A stretch of 64,000 nucleotides of DNA, from the NCBI GenBank assembly GCA_964456225.1, contig CAYWAV010000005.1, forward strand, positions 5,160 through 69,159. The letters are read 5' to 3'. A model generated the notes under the pieces. It did not search any database. It worked only from the letters and a program-made list of their open reading frames with translations, and was not told the origin of the DNA. Of the stretch, positions 1-9,704 are shown one piece after another. The number at the start of each line of letters is the position of its first letter. Positions within the stretch are counted from its first letter, which is position 1. Source of the stretch: an uncultured Chitinophaga sp. (lineage in GTDB: Bacteria > Bacteroidota > Bacteroidia > 2-12-FULL-35-15). The translations under genes were made by a program, and so were the position numbers.

Positions 1-5
1 AAAAC

Positions 6-1283
6 ATGAAGGAGCTGGTAAATGCTTTGGAAGATTATTCAAAAGCGATTCAGCTTTCTCCTTATGATGCTACTTATTATATCGAAAGGAGTAAATTGTA
101 TGACGATATAGGCGAAGATAAACGAGCTATAGATGATTGCAGCAAAGCAATTAGTATTGATCCAACTAAACCAGAAGCATATTATAATAGAGCCAGAGCA
201 GCATACGATATGCCAAACTACCAAGCAGTTATTAATGATTGCAACAAAGCACTACAATTGCGACCAGACGATTATGAATCATTGATTTTGCGTGGGAATG
301 CTCTTGATTATTCTAACAGATTTGAAGATGCAATAAAAGATTACGACAAAGCAATTGTATTAAAACCAACCGAAACGGAAGGTTATTTTCAAAGAGCCGT
401 TTCGAATTCAGCCAAATTTCATTTTGATGCAGCAATTTTTGATCTCACAAAAACAATGGAAATTGAGCCTAAAAATGTGAAGTTCGTAAATTACAGGGCT
501 CGTATTTATCTTGCAAAAAAAGAATATAAAAATGCGATTAAGGATGTAACACAATGCATAAAATTGCAGCCGGACAGCTCCTTTCATTACTTTTTTAGAG
601 CAATATTGAAAGATACCATTGGCGATGCCAAAGGTGCTTGTGAGGATGCGTATGCTGCTTTCAAACATCGTTCGGGTGAAGGGTATGATTATTTGAAAAA
701 TCATGATTGTAAAACTATTACCGAACAAAAGTCTTTTATTGGTCAGGATTTTGAAACAATGGCTTTTGAAACTGAAATGAAAGGAAACTTCAAAGAAGCA
801 ATGGAATTGTATAATAAATCTGTAGAAACAATTCCGGATACATTTCATGTTTATTATAACAGAGGAAAATTAAAACGTAAAATGCTTGATTATTCCGGAG
901 CTATTGCAGATTACAACATGGCTATAAAACTTAACCCCACTTTTGTTGATGCTATTGTTTCTAGAGGTGTTGCCAAAGTTTTAACAAATGATATAAATGG
1001 AGCTAAAGAAGATTACAACTTGGCTATAAAAGTAGCACCCACTTATTCTATGTCGTATTATAATAGAGGAAATTTGGAAGAAAATTTAAATAATGTTCAG
1101 GCAGCAATTGATGATTATTCTAAAGCGCTTGAATACAATCCAAATTATATCAAGGCATTGTTGGCGCGCGGCAATTTATTGGTAACTCAAGGGAAATTAT
1201 CAGAAGCATGTGAAGATTATAAGCGAGCAGAAGCTTTGGGTGATGGTTATGCAATGAGTAAACGAATGTTTAATTGTAAATAA
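6..1283 (+). CDS. TPR repeat protein (may extend upstream of the window)
   Basis: Repeated 34-aa TPR-like units (AxxYxxRA...DxxKAI). The ATG at 6 is the first codon visible in the window. Confidence 0.75.
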   Translation: MKELVNALEDYSKAIQLSPYDATYYIERSKLYDDIGEDKRAIDDCSKAISIDPTKPEAYYNRARAAYDMPNYQAVINDCNKALQLRPDDYESLILRGNALDYSNRFEDAIKDYDKAIVLKPTETEGYFQRAVSNSAKFHFDAAIFDLTKTMEIEPKNVKFVNYRARIYLAKKEYKNAIKDVTQCIKLQPDSSFHYFFRAILKDTIGDAKGACEDAYAAFKHRSGEGYDYLKNHDCKTITEQKSFIGQDFETMAFETEMKGNFKEAMELYNKSVETIPDTFHVYYNRGKLKRKMLDYSGAIADYNMAIKLNPTFVDAIVSRGVAKVLTNDINGAKEDYNLAIKVAPTYSMSYYNRGNLEENLNNVQAAIDDYSKALEYNPNYIKALLARGNLLVTQGKLSEACEDYKRAEALGDGYAMSKRMFNCK

Positions 1284-1335
1284 TTTTTTATTGAAAATAA
1301 AGCAGTAAATTAGTTTGGAATTAAAAAACTACACA

Positions 1336-1716
1336 ATGAAAAAAAATATCCTGTTTGCTTTTTTGATTTTTTTATCTGCAATTGTTGTTGGGCAAGACAA
1401 ACAAAATATAAAAGTGGTAACCAATTCGGACCCTTCTTTCCCTAAAGGTGATAATGCTTTGTATACTTATGTTTATATGAATTTAAAATATTCTGAAGAA
1501 TCGAAAAAAAAATATGTTGCAGGGGAAGTGACGCTGAGCTTTGATGTGAAATCCGATAGTACAGTAACGAATGTGATAGTGATAAGCGGTGTTGGCTCTG
1601 GAGTAGATGAAGAAGTGAAAAAGTTAATTCAAACATTAAAATTCAGTCCGGGTTTTCAAAATGGAACAGCCATTAAAATGAATACGATGTATACATTCCC
1701 AATTAAAGCTCATTAA
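1336..1716 (+). CDS. Short TonB C-terminal-domain protein (signal-anchored)
   Basis: N-terminal hydrophobic segment MKKNILFAFLIFLSAIVVGQ, then a TonB-C-like block (PSFPKGDNALYTYVYMNLKY..GEVTLSFDV..). No Pro-rich spacer. The internal ATG at 1336 is preferred over the ORF start at 1315. Confidence 0.55.
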   Translation: MKKNILFAFLIFLSAIVVGQDKQNIKVVTNSDPSFPKGDNALYTYVYMNLKYSEESKKKYVAGEVTLSFDVKSDSTVTNVIVISGVGSGVDEEVKKLIQTLKFSPGFQNGTAIKMNTMYTFPIKAH

Positions 1717-1721
1717 CCTCC

Positions 1722-2765
1722 ATGAGATTTATTTTTGTATTGTTATTTCTTTCTGTTTATTCCTTTGTTTATGGGGGCGACAGGCATCGCAAACATGATA
1801 CGCTTCATGTCTACAATAAAATAGATACTACTTATATTGAAAGTTATAGAGATTGGCTGAATGCAAAATTGATAGGAGTTGTACGCACCAATAAATTCAG
1901 TATTAAGGACAATATTACTCAGAACACATTAGAGTATAGTATTAATACCAATGCTAATATGGGATTAGGAATGAGTTTTAAAGGCATTGGTTTTGAATTT
2001 CAATTCAATCCTCCAGGTTTAAATAACGATGATCACAAGTTTGGTGCTTCTACACAACTTGCGTTTGCAACAAATGCCAATGGAAGAAGATTTATCTATG
2101 ATGTTTTTTATCGTTACAATCAGGGGTATCATACAACGTCAACTTATAAAGTCCCTAACGATACAGGTTTTACTATGGAACATATTTATCGTGCCGATAT
2201 AAAAAATACAAACATTGGTGCTGAGTTGGTTTATGTTGTTAATAACAAAAGATTTTCTAGTTCTGCTCCCTATAATTTAACACAAAGACAGAAGAAAAGT
2301 GCTGGCTCATTACTTATAGGAACTTTTGGTTCGCTGTATGCCATTGATGCTGATTCATTAATTTTTCCTGATTCTTTAAGGTATCAATTTAAAGAAGAAG
2401 TTCAATTCAAAAGTGCTGGAAGTTATACTTGGGGTATTTCTTGTGGTTACACGTATACCCTGATATTTGGTAAAAATTGGTTCGTGAACTTGTATACTTT
2501 ACCAGGATTGGCAGTTCAGCAATATTATGCTACAAATGCTTACGATCAAACCTCTCATTCTAACACTTCAATTGGAGCATCGTTGCAATCTCGTTTTTCC
2601 CTAGGATACAATAAAAAAAGATATTTTATCGGAATTTCTTGGACCAATACTCAGTATTTCGTTAATAACGATGTAAGGTCGTCTTTGAATTATAAAAACG
2701 GCTGTTTCCGTTTTTATTACGGTCATCGTTTTGATTTAAGAAAGGTATTGAAAAGAAGATTGTAA
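1722..2765 (+). CDS. Hypothetical secreted/outer-membrane protein (DUF4421-like, tentative)
   Basis: Signal peptide, Tyr/Asn/Gly-rich beta-strand-like composition. The family assignment is from memory only. Confidence 0.5.
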   Translation: MRFIFVLLFLSVYSFVYGGDRHRKHDTLHVYNKIDTTYIESYRDWLNAKLIGVVRTNKFSIKDNITQNTLEYSINTNANMGLGMSFKGIGFEFQFNPPGLNNDDHKFGASTQLAFATNANGRRFIYDVFYRYNQGYHTTSTYKVPNDTGFTMEHIYRADIKNTNIGAELVYVVNNKRFSSSAPYNLTQRQKKSAGSLLIGTFGSLYAIDADSLIFPDSLRYQFKEEVQFKSAGSYTWGISCGYTYTLIFGKNWFVNLYTLPGLAVQQYYATNAYDQTSHSNTSIGASLQSRFSLGYNKKRYFIGISWTNTQYFVNNDVRSSLNYKNGCFRFYYGHRFDLRKVLKRRL

Positions 2766-2767
2766 AA

Positions 2768-5245
2768 TTATTTCTTTTTACTCACAATTTCAAACTGCTG
2801 AATAATTGATTCTCCTTCTTCATCTACTAAGGTAAGTGTGTGAACGCCTTCATCAGGTGCAAGGCCCATTTGATGATTGCTTTGAGTTGTTCCTAAGAAT
2901 AACCCATCCAGATGCCAATAGATAAGTGTATTGCCTTTGCGATGTGCTACTTGGAAAATAGTTTTTCCCAATGATCCATCAATTTCTACAGGAACATATA
3001 TTTTACTGAATTGCTTTGGATAAATAATCTCCATGCCATTCAAGCCTGTTGTTTCACAATCGCCCCGTAATGGTGGTATTTCTTTATAATTCGTATTTTT
3101 TGATTTGTAATACCATTCCATCGCAGGAGGCAGTACAAACCAACTAATGTGTTTCATTTTATTCACATCTTCACAATTGCTATTTACACGATAGGTTTCG
3201 CTTGCATCCAAATGTATTAACCGATGGTATTTGCAGGGTTCTGTTCTCAATCCATTTTTTGGAATCCAAACTATGTCAACTGGTGCACAAATATCCGTTG
3301 CTCTACTACCACTTTGTTTACAAAGTTTTATTTTCTCCATTTCATCGTAAGGTGGAGTGAACCATTTGCTTGGTTTTAAAACACTAAAAATGTCGAAGAG
3401 GATTGGAGCGGCAGTTTGTAATCCAACCAATCCAGGACGACCTTCACCATCAGCATTTCCAACCCAAACACCAACTACATATTTAGCCGTAACTCCAACG
3501 GCCCAACCATCTCTGTATCCAAAACTGGTTCCTGTTTTCCAAGCTACTTTTGAAGAAGATGTATATTGTTTCCAGCCAGCATCTTCATCTGGTCGAGCTA
3601 CTTCAACCATTGCTTCGAATGTGAAGTAAATGGATGCCGCATCAATTATTGAAGTGCTTTCTAAGTCAGGACTTTTTTCTTCTTGATTGATATAATAAGG
3701 CGGATGGAAATCATTTTTATCATACTTTCCATTGTATTTAGTGTAATGATTTAATGTTCGTGCCATGCTTGCATACATCCCCGTAATATCCCAAAGTTTT
3801 CCTTCCGCACCTCCTAATATTACAGATAATCCATAATGGTCTGGGCTTTTGGTTAAAGTTGTCATTCCGTATTTTTTGAGATTGTAGTTAAATTTTTCAA
3901 TGCCATAGTTTTGTAACATGCGTACAGCAGGAATGTTCAAACTTCTTGCCAAGGCACGTTTGGCGGGAACAGCGCCATCAAATGTTTGATTGTAATTCTG
4001 CGGTGCATAACCAGCAATTTGTGTTGGAATATCAGGAACTAATGTTGTAGATAATATTTCACCATCGTTCAACATGCCCGCGAATAAAAATGGTTTTAAT
4101 ATACTTCCTGTACTTCTTGGCGCAGCAATAACATCTACATCTCCTTCATACTCAGGCTTTCCTTTGTTTGATGTATTCCCAACATATGCTAATACTTTTC
4201 CGGTATTTACATCCAGTACAATTGCACAGGCATTGTGAATTTCATTCCCTCGTAAAATTTTATGATGATTTTCTATGATTGTATTTACACGTTCTTGCAG
4301 ATGTCCGTCAATGGTAGAAGAAATTCTTTGTCCTGAAAAATTTTCTTTTGCAGCTCTTTGTAATAAGTGTGGCGCTATTTGCGGGATGGAATGTGGCTTT
4401 CCTGGTAGCGGTTCTTGTTTGCTTAAATCACACGTTTCTTTATCAATTATTTTAGCAACAAACAATTGGTCCAACAAACGATTTCGTTTTTTTAATAATC
4501 GTTCTTGGTTTTTTCCCGGATAAATTAAACTGGGCGCATTTGGCAAAACGGCTAATGTTGCTGATTCTGCCCAAGATAATTTTGATGGCTCTCTACCAAA
4601 ATAACGCCATGAAGCGGCATCAATACCTACCACGTTGCTTCCAAATGGAGCATTTGATGCATATAAAGCAAGTATTTCTTTTTTTGAATAACTGAATTCT
4701 AGTCGTGTTGCGATAATAGTTTCAATTATCTTTTCGAAGAAAGTACGCTTTTGTCCTTTTCTCGACATGCGAATTACCTGCATAGTAATTGTACTTCCAC
4801 CACTAACTGTTCGTTTTGCTTCAATGTTTTGTTTTGTTGCTCTGATAATTGCTGTAGGACTTAGTCCCCAATGCGAATAAAACCCTCTGTCTTCAAACTG
4901 AACTAGACAATGAATAAATTTTTGCGGTAATTTTTTTGTTAAAGGAAACCTCCATTGTCCATCATCTGCAATTTTAGCGGCTAATAATTCTCCTTTACTA
5001 TCTTCCAGTATTGTGCTTGTTTTGCTTTTGAAAAGAGGGGAAGGTAAACAGAAACAATACCAGATAAAAAGGATGAATAGAATAATTGAATAAATTCCTT
5101 TTTTTGTTTTTAAAAATTGCAATATGGAAGGAATTATTTTCAAATAACTTTTATGAGGTAGAATTTTTATTCGATAATTCTTTGCGTAATTGGCGGGCAG
5201 TTTTTTTGCTGCCATCATGACTCCATCCTGGAGGTCCGAATACAT
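2768..5245 (-). CDS. pbpC: Penicillin-binding protein 1C (transglycosylase/transpeptidase)
   Basis: GT51 motifs (FEDRGFYSHWG, RxxGGSTITMQ), a transpeptidase region, a PbpC-type C-terminal domain and an N-terminal TM. Start is ambiguous: ATG at 5245 or 5218 overlaps the upstream gene by 68-95 nt. An in-frame TTG at 5143 would avoid the overlap. Confidence 0.85.
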   Translation of the reverse strand: MYSDLQDGVMMAAKKLPANYAKNYRIKILPHKSYLKIIPSILQFLKTKKGIYSIILFILFIWYCFCLPSPLFKSKTSTILEDSKGELLAAKIADDGQWRFPLTKKLPQKFIHCLVQFEDRGFYSHWGLSPTAIIRATKQNIEAKRTVSGGSTITMQVIRMSRKGQKRTFFEKIIETIIATRLEFSYSKKEILALYASNAPFGSNVVGIDAASWRYFGREPSKLSWAESATLAVLPNAPSLIYPGKNQERLLKKRNRLLDQLFVAKIIDKETCDLSKQEPLPGKPHSIPQIAPHLLQRAAKENFSGQRISSTIDGHLQERVNTIIENHHKILRGNEIHNACAIVLDVNTGKVLAYVGNTSNKGKPEYEGDVDVIAAPRSTGSILKPFLFAGMLNDGEILSTTLVPDIPTQIAGYAPQNYNQTFDGAVPAKRALARSLNIPAVRMLQNYGIEKFNYNLKKYGMTTLTKSPDHYGLSVILGGAEGKLWDITGMYASMARTLNHYTKYNGKYDKNDFHPPYYINQEEKSPDLESTSIIDAASIYFTFEAMVEVARPDEDAGWKQYTSSSKVAWKTGTSFGYRDGWAVGVTAKYVVGVWVGNADGEGRPGLVGLQTAAPILFDIFSVLKPSKWFTPPYDEMEKIKLCKQSGSRATDICAPVDIVWIPKNGLRTEPCKYHRLIHLDASETYRVNSNCEDVNKMKHISWFVLPPAMEWYYKSKNTNYKEIPPLRGDCETTGLNGMEIIYPKQFSKIYVPVEIDGSLGKTIFQVAHRKGNTLIYWHLDGLFLGTTQSNHQMGLAPDEGVHTLTLVDEEGESIIQQFEIVSKKK

Positions 5246-6044
5246 ACATGAACTTCGCTTTTAAACTGGAAGGCTTTTTTAAATCCTGGCCCATATTTAT
5301 CCACTCATGAAAAACCATTTTAAGTGGATGATGTGTTTTAATATTTTCAGTTAATCCGTAAACAACATTTTCTTTTTCATCTTCTGCCACAAATGTTCCA
5401 AACAGTTTATCCCAAATGATAAATACCATGCCCATGTTTTTGTCAAGATACTTTACATTGCTGGCGTGATGAACCCTGTGATGTGACGGGGTAGACATAA
5501 AATACTCTAAAAAACCAAGTTTCTTTACTGTTTTAGTATGAATTAAAATTCCATATATCTGCGTTGCAGAATAAATAAACATAATGTCGATTCCTTTAAA
5601 ACCTAAAAATGCAAGTGGAATAAAATAAATAAAACGATACAAAGGTTGAAATACAGATGAGCGAAAGCCTACCGTTAAATTAAATTCCTCTGAAGAGTGA
5701 TGTGTAACATGTACAGCCCAAAACATTCTGGAATAATGATCTACACGGTGTAACCAATAATACATAAAATCTTGCGTAACTAATAATATGCTCCAGTATG
5801 CATATTGATTGTTTATTTCAACAAATTTGAATTGGTAGAAATAATTTAAAATAAACAAGCATACACCGCGTACAAGAATATCCAATCCTAAATTTAATGA
5901 TGTGAGGTAAATATTAGCTAATGTTCCTTTAACCGAATAGTAATTTTTGTGATGCAGGTAGCTGAATAAAATTTCAGCTCCAATTACAATGGCATAAATT
6001 GGAGTGGTGATGGCAATCAGTAGCGCTTCTCTGAATTCGTTCAT
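5151..6044 (-). CDS. Sterol desaturase / fatty acid hydroxylase superfamily membrane protein
   Basis: His boxes HRVDH, HVTHH and HHRVHH with multiple TM segments. Confidence 0.8.
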   Translation of the reverse strand: MNEFREALLIAITTPIYAIVIGAEILFSYLHHKNYYSVKGTLANIYLTSLNLGLDILVRGVCLFILNYFYQFKFVEINNQYAYWSILLVTQDFMYYWLHRVDHYSRMFWAVHVTHHSSEEFNLTVGFRSSVFQPLYRFIYFIPLAFLGFKGIDIMFIYSATQIYGILIHTKTVKKLGFLEYFMSTPSHHRVHHASNVKYLDKNMGMVFIIWDKLFGTFVAEDEKENVVYGLTENIKTHHPLKMVFHEWINMGQDLKKPSSLKAKFMYVFGPPGWSHDGSKKTARQLRKELSNKNSTS

Positions 6045-6062
6045 ACTACAAAAGTATATAAA

Positions 6063-6096
6063 AAAGCCATCACGCTAAAAGCGTGATGGCTTTTTA
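6063..6096. terminator. Bidirectional rho-independent terminator
   Basis: GCCATCACGC-taaaa-GCGTGATGGC, a perfect 10-bp stem flanked by A5 and T5 runs. It lies downstream of the 6112..6939 gene. Confidence 0.75.
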
Positions 6097-6111
6097 GGAA
6101 AACTAATTTTA

Positions 6112-6939
6112 TTAACGGATTAATACCTTTTTTGTATAAACGATGTTTTCTTGTGAAATTGTAACAAAATAGATTCCGGCAGTTTCTTTAGATAAATCAA
6201 TGGTGTTTTCTTTGTTGTTTAAACCAGCTGAATATACTTGCTGTCCAATTGAATTCGTAATCTTAACATCCGCATTCACTAATTTTGCTGTTAAGAAATG
6301 AATCATAATGTTTTTATTTGAACTAAAAACGGAAGTAGTGGCAGACATAGCGCTTTCATTTATTCCTACAGGCATTTCTCCGGCAAGAATATATGCATTT
6401 GGAATCGAATTATATGCATAATCTTTAATGGTAAACTGGCTTGCCGTGGCGTCAACATCAAATCTCGCCCAACCATAATGCAATTGTGCCCCAATATAAA
6501 ATTGCAAGCCAACAAATTTATCTGTTTGTCCGATAAAGTTTCCATAGCTAGAACTTGATCCAAAATAACTAGCCATCGACTGGCTGGATCCAAAGTTAAA
6601 TTGTAGGGTTGATTTTATGGTGTCTCCAGAGTTAAGTGCAAAGGGGTAAACATAAGCTCCAACCGTATCTCCCGCAACGCCATTAGCTCCTGTTGGACTG
6701 ATTGCAACTTGTTGTGAAGTATAAGAAGAAGATGTTCCTATATTTAGTTTAATTGTATAATCAAAAACACCACCATTGTCTAAATCCAGATTATATAAAT
6801 TCCCTCCTATATTAATAGTAGAATCAGGGTTTATATCTGAATATATGATTTGTGCATCAGCTTGTGAGCTCATCAATGCAATTGATCCCGCTAAGGCAGA
6901 ATACGATTTTAACTTATTATTTAATGTAGGAGTATTCAT
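6112..6939 (-). CDS. Secreted protein with T9SS C-terminal sorting domain
   Basis: Signal peptide (..ALMSSQADAQ). The C-terminus VKITNSIGQQVY...GIYFVTISQENIVYTKKVLIR is typical of a type-A Por CTD. N-terminal domain is unknown. Confidence 0.7.
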   Translation of the reverse strand: MNTPTLNNKLKSYSALAGSIALMSSQADAQIIYSDINPDSTINIGGNLYNLDLDNGGVFDYTIKLNIGTSSSYTSQQVAISPTGANGVAGDTVGAYVYPFALNSGDTIKSTLQFNFGSSQSMASYFGSSSSYGNFIGQTDKFVGLQFYIGAQLHYGWARFDVDATASQFTIKDYAYNSIPNAYILAGEMPVGINESAMSATTSVFSSNKNIMIHFLTAKLVNADVKITNSIGQQVYSAGLNNKENTIDLSKETAGIYFVTISQENIVYTKKVLIR

Positions 6940-6979
6940 TTTTATTATTGTTTATCAAAGATAATAAAAATTATATGTT

Positions 6980-9535
6980 TTAAGAAGATTTTTTATTTCT
7001 ATAAAGTAAAGGTTCGACACTTTTTATCATGTTGTTTATATTTAGTTCTGCAGCCAAAAAAAAAGATAAATTTTCAGCAATTTCCGATGGATTTTCAATT
7101 ACATCTTTATAGGATACGTGCATGACTTCAAATTGCGGATGGTTCTGAATCCACGAACGGGTTTTTTCTAATTGTTTTATAAATGTATTTGCTAAAACAG
7201 TTGGATATGTTTTCTTCTCAATATCTGACACTTTTCCGAGCATAATTTGTTGTGATTGGATAATTTCCTCCATTTCACGCTCCATAAAAATTACTTTATA
7301 TTGATAGTTAGCTGGTAAATATTGCAGTAATTGACCAATTACTTTTATTACTTTATTCTGACCTTCATTTATCCAAGAATTATCTTTCGCTAAATTTTTT
7401 ACTTTTTGATATTCTAAATATCCTTTAGGATTATTTTCGTCTTCTGTTCTTATGTTATCAGTTAAAATATCTAATCCGCCTGCCTGTAGCATCTGCATCA
7501 TCATTGATGTTCCCGAACGCGGCAAACCCGAAACAATCGTAATAGTGCCTTTAATGTTATTTTTTATAAATGCATTGTGCTTTTCTGCTTCTTCTAAATT
7601 CATAACATTGTTAGTATATAATTTTATCAGATAACTGTGTGCTTTTCTATTGCCCGGTTGAAATGTTGTAACTACTTTAAATGCTTCTACTGCTCTCTCG
7701 TACATTTCTAAACGATAGAACGCTTCTCCTAAAAAATAATGTGCCAGTGGGTTATTGAAGACAAGTGAAACAGAACTTAGTAAATGATCCAAGGCCTTTT
7801 CTAATTGATCTTGACGTAAAAGGGCAATTCCTATTCCCATATGTGCACCAGCATTTTCTGGATCTATTTCTATTGCTTTTTCAAATGCGGTTTGTGCATC
7901 CTTCCATTCTTTGAGTTTAACAAACGCTTCACCAATTTTAACATGTAAGGTTGGCATGTGAGCAATTGTTTTCATTGCTTTTTTGAAAAGCTCCAATGCT
8001 TTTCTGGGTTTGTTTTGAGAGACTAAAAAAACGCCTTCTAAATAGTCTAGTTGTGGCAACTCTTTTTGATCTAGTTGTTTTATTTCTTCAATTACAGAAA
8101 TGCAAGCATCAAATTTTTTTAATTTTTGCAAGCATTCAATGTATTTTAATCCATACCGGGCAACTGTAGGCGATTGCGTGTAAAGTGCTTCTAATATAGG
8201 TTCTGCAAGACTAACTTGTTCTTTATATAAATAAATGCGTGCTAAATTAAATTGTGTTTCATTTACGACTTTCTCCACAGTTTTTGAGCTGTCTGCTGAT
8301 GGTGCTTCCACATAGCCCAATTCAATTAATTGTTTTAATGCTTCTTGAGCAGCCAATGGATCTTGTTGCAATTCTTTTGGATGATTACCAGAATTTCCTT
8401 CAATATTTTCCCAACTATCTATATAAGAAGGGGTAATTTTTTTATCGAATACTTGCGTTAATACTTTTCCATCCATGTCTTTTCCAACCGGCAAACCAAA
8501 AAGCGTTAATATGGTGGGAGTAATATCCAATAAAGTAGCGCCATAAATGCGTTCATCTTTATTTATGTTGGGACCCGAAATACAAAACATTCCAACTTGT
8601 CTATGCTCCAATGCAGGTGCCATTGGTTCTGTTGGTAGTCGTTTTGGACGAAGATGGTCAGAATGAAAACCATGGTCCGAAAGAATAATTATTGTTGCAT
8701 CCTTACCGGCAAGTTTAATGTATCGTTCCAACATCATATCATGAAAACGATAAATACCGTTGATAATATCTTTGTACAAGTCAAATTTTTCATCTGAAAT
8801 CCCCTGCATCTGAGGCGGGTGATATCTCATAAAAGCATGACTCATATGATCAATTGTATCAAAATAAACCGCTGTTAAATCCCATGGTTCGTTTTCCATT
8901 AGCCATGTTGCCGCACCATGAATGGATGCACATTCCGAAAGATTTTTTGCTAGCACAACTAAACTTTTATCTTTTTCCTGATCTACTAAATGTGCTTTTG
9001 GAACAAAAGGAAGGATGTGTTCTGAAGTCAATTCGGTAGGATGTACTCTATACTCTGAAATTATTTTTGCTAATGACTCAGGGAACACTGTGCTGTCCTT
9101 CATTTTCCAATCCTCTATTTTTTCACTAGTTATTTTTTGAAAAAAATTGGAAACCATTACTCCATTGATAGGTTCTGCAGGATTGCTAGGCCACCAACCT
9201 ACGATATTTGATTTTAAATTATTTTGTGATAAAATATTCCATAGTGCTTTACATTTTCTGCTTGTGGAAGTAACCGGACGAATCTCCATTTTATCGGGAA
9301 CGGGCTCGGTAAAATTTAATATGCCGTGTTTATCTCCCATTTTACCTGTTGCAATGGAGGTCCATAAAATAGGTGATAAAACAGGATCAAGAGTTGCGAT
9401 ATCACCCATCGTTCCTTTGTTGATTAATGATTCTAATGAAGGCATAAGTCCTGCATCCAGCAAAGGATTGATGATTTTCCAATCTGCAGCGTCCCAGCCC
9501 AGTACCAACACTTTTTTGGCCAACCGCTCATTCAT
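6980..9535 (-). CDS. Tri-domain fusion: NPP/alkaline-phosphatase-family phosphodiesterase + TPR region + sulfotransferase-like domain
   Basis: N-terminal metal-ligand and nucleophile motifs GWDAADW, SPILWTSIATG, ILSDHGF and HMSHAF. Helical TPR-like repeats across aa ~430-640. C-terminal PRSGTS P-loop-like 5'-PSB motif with a Stf0-like tail. No signal peptide. Confidence 0.8.
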   Translation of the reverse strand: MNERLAKKVLVLGWDAADWKIINPLLDAGLMPSLESLINKGTMGDIATLDPVLSPILWTSIATGKMGDKHGILNFTEPVPDKMEIRPVTSTSRKCKALWNILSQNNLKSNIVGWWPSNPAEPINGVMVSNFFQKITSEKIEDWKMKDSTVFPESLAKIISEYRVHPTELTSEHILPFVPKAHLVDQEKDKSLVVLAKNLSECASIHGAATWLMENEPWDLTAVYFDTIDHMSHAFMRYHPPQMQGISDEKFDLYKDIINGIYRFHDMMLERYIKLAGKDATIIILSDHGFHSDHLRPKRLPTEPMAPALEHRQVGMFCISGPNINKDERIYGATLLDITPTILTLFGLPVGKDMDGKVLTQVFDKKITPSYIDSWENIEGNSGNHPKELQQDPLAAQEALKQLIELGYVEAPSADSSKTVEKVVNETQFNLARIYLYKEQVSLAEPILEALYTQSPTVARYGLKYIECLQKLKKFDACISVIEEIKQLDQKELPQLDYLEGVFLVSQNKPRKALELFKKAMKTIAHMPTLHVKIGEAFVKLKEWKDAQTAFEKAIEIDPENAGAHMGIGIALLRQDQLEKALDHLLSSVSLVFNNPLAHYFLGEAFYRLEMYERAVEAFKVVTTFQPGNRKAHSYLIKLYTNNVMNLEEAEKHNAFIKNNIKGTITIVSGLPRSGTSMMMQMLQAGGLDILTDNIRTEDENNPKGYLEYQKVKNLAKDNSWINEGQNKVIKVIGQLLQYLPANYQYKVIFMEREMEEIIQSQQIMLGKVSDIEKKTYPTVLANTFIKQLEKTRSWIQNHPQFEVMHVSYKDVIENPSEIAENLSFFLAAELNINNMIKSVEPLLYRNKKSS

Positions 9536-9704
9536 TTTTAGAAGTATTTTTTTGTTTTGATTGAAGCTCTTCTCGCTTTTTTTTCCACGCTTTTATTCCC
9601 ACTGCTCCTAATGCAAGTAGCCCCAGTGAGCCATCATAAGGAATTTCAACAGCGTTGATAATTTTTGTTGAAGCAGAATTTATAGAATTATTTTTCTTCC
9701 TCAT
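9528..9704 (-). CDS. Small membrane peptide (58 aa), translationally coupled to the downstream fusion gene
   Basis: [58 protein letters not shown]. Contains one TM helix followed by a KKKRE basic cluster. Its stop overlaps the next start as ATGAATGA. The longer ORF reaches 9791 and the start is uncertain. Confidence 0.35.
   Translation of the reverse strand: MRKKNNSINSASTKIINAVEIPYDGSLGLLALGAVGIKAWKKKREELQSKQKNTSKNE

Noticed and set aside
3357-4523. Antisense ORFs (90 and 82 aa) inside pbpC
   Set aside because: They are embedded in a well-supported long CDS on the opposite strand, with Pro/Cys-rich nonsense composition.
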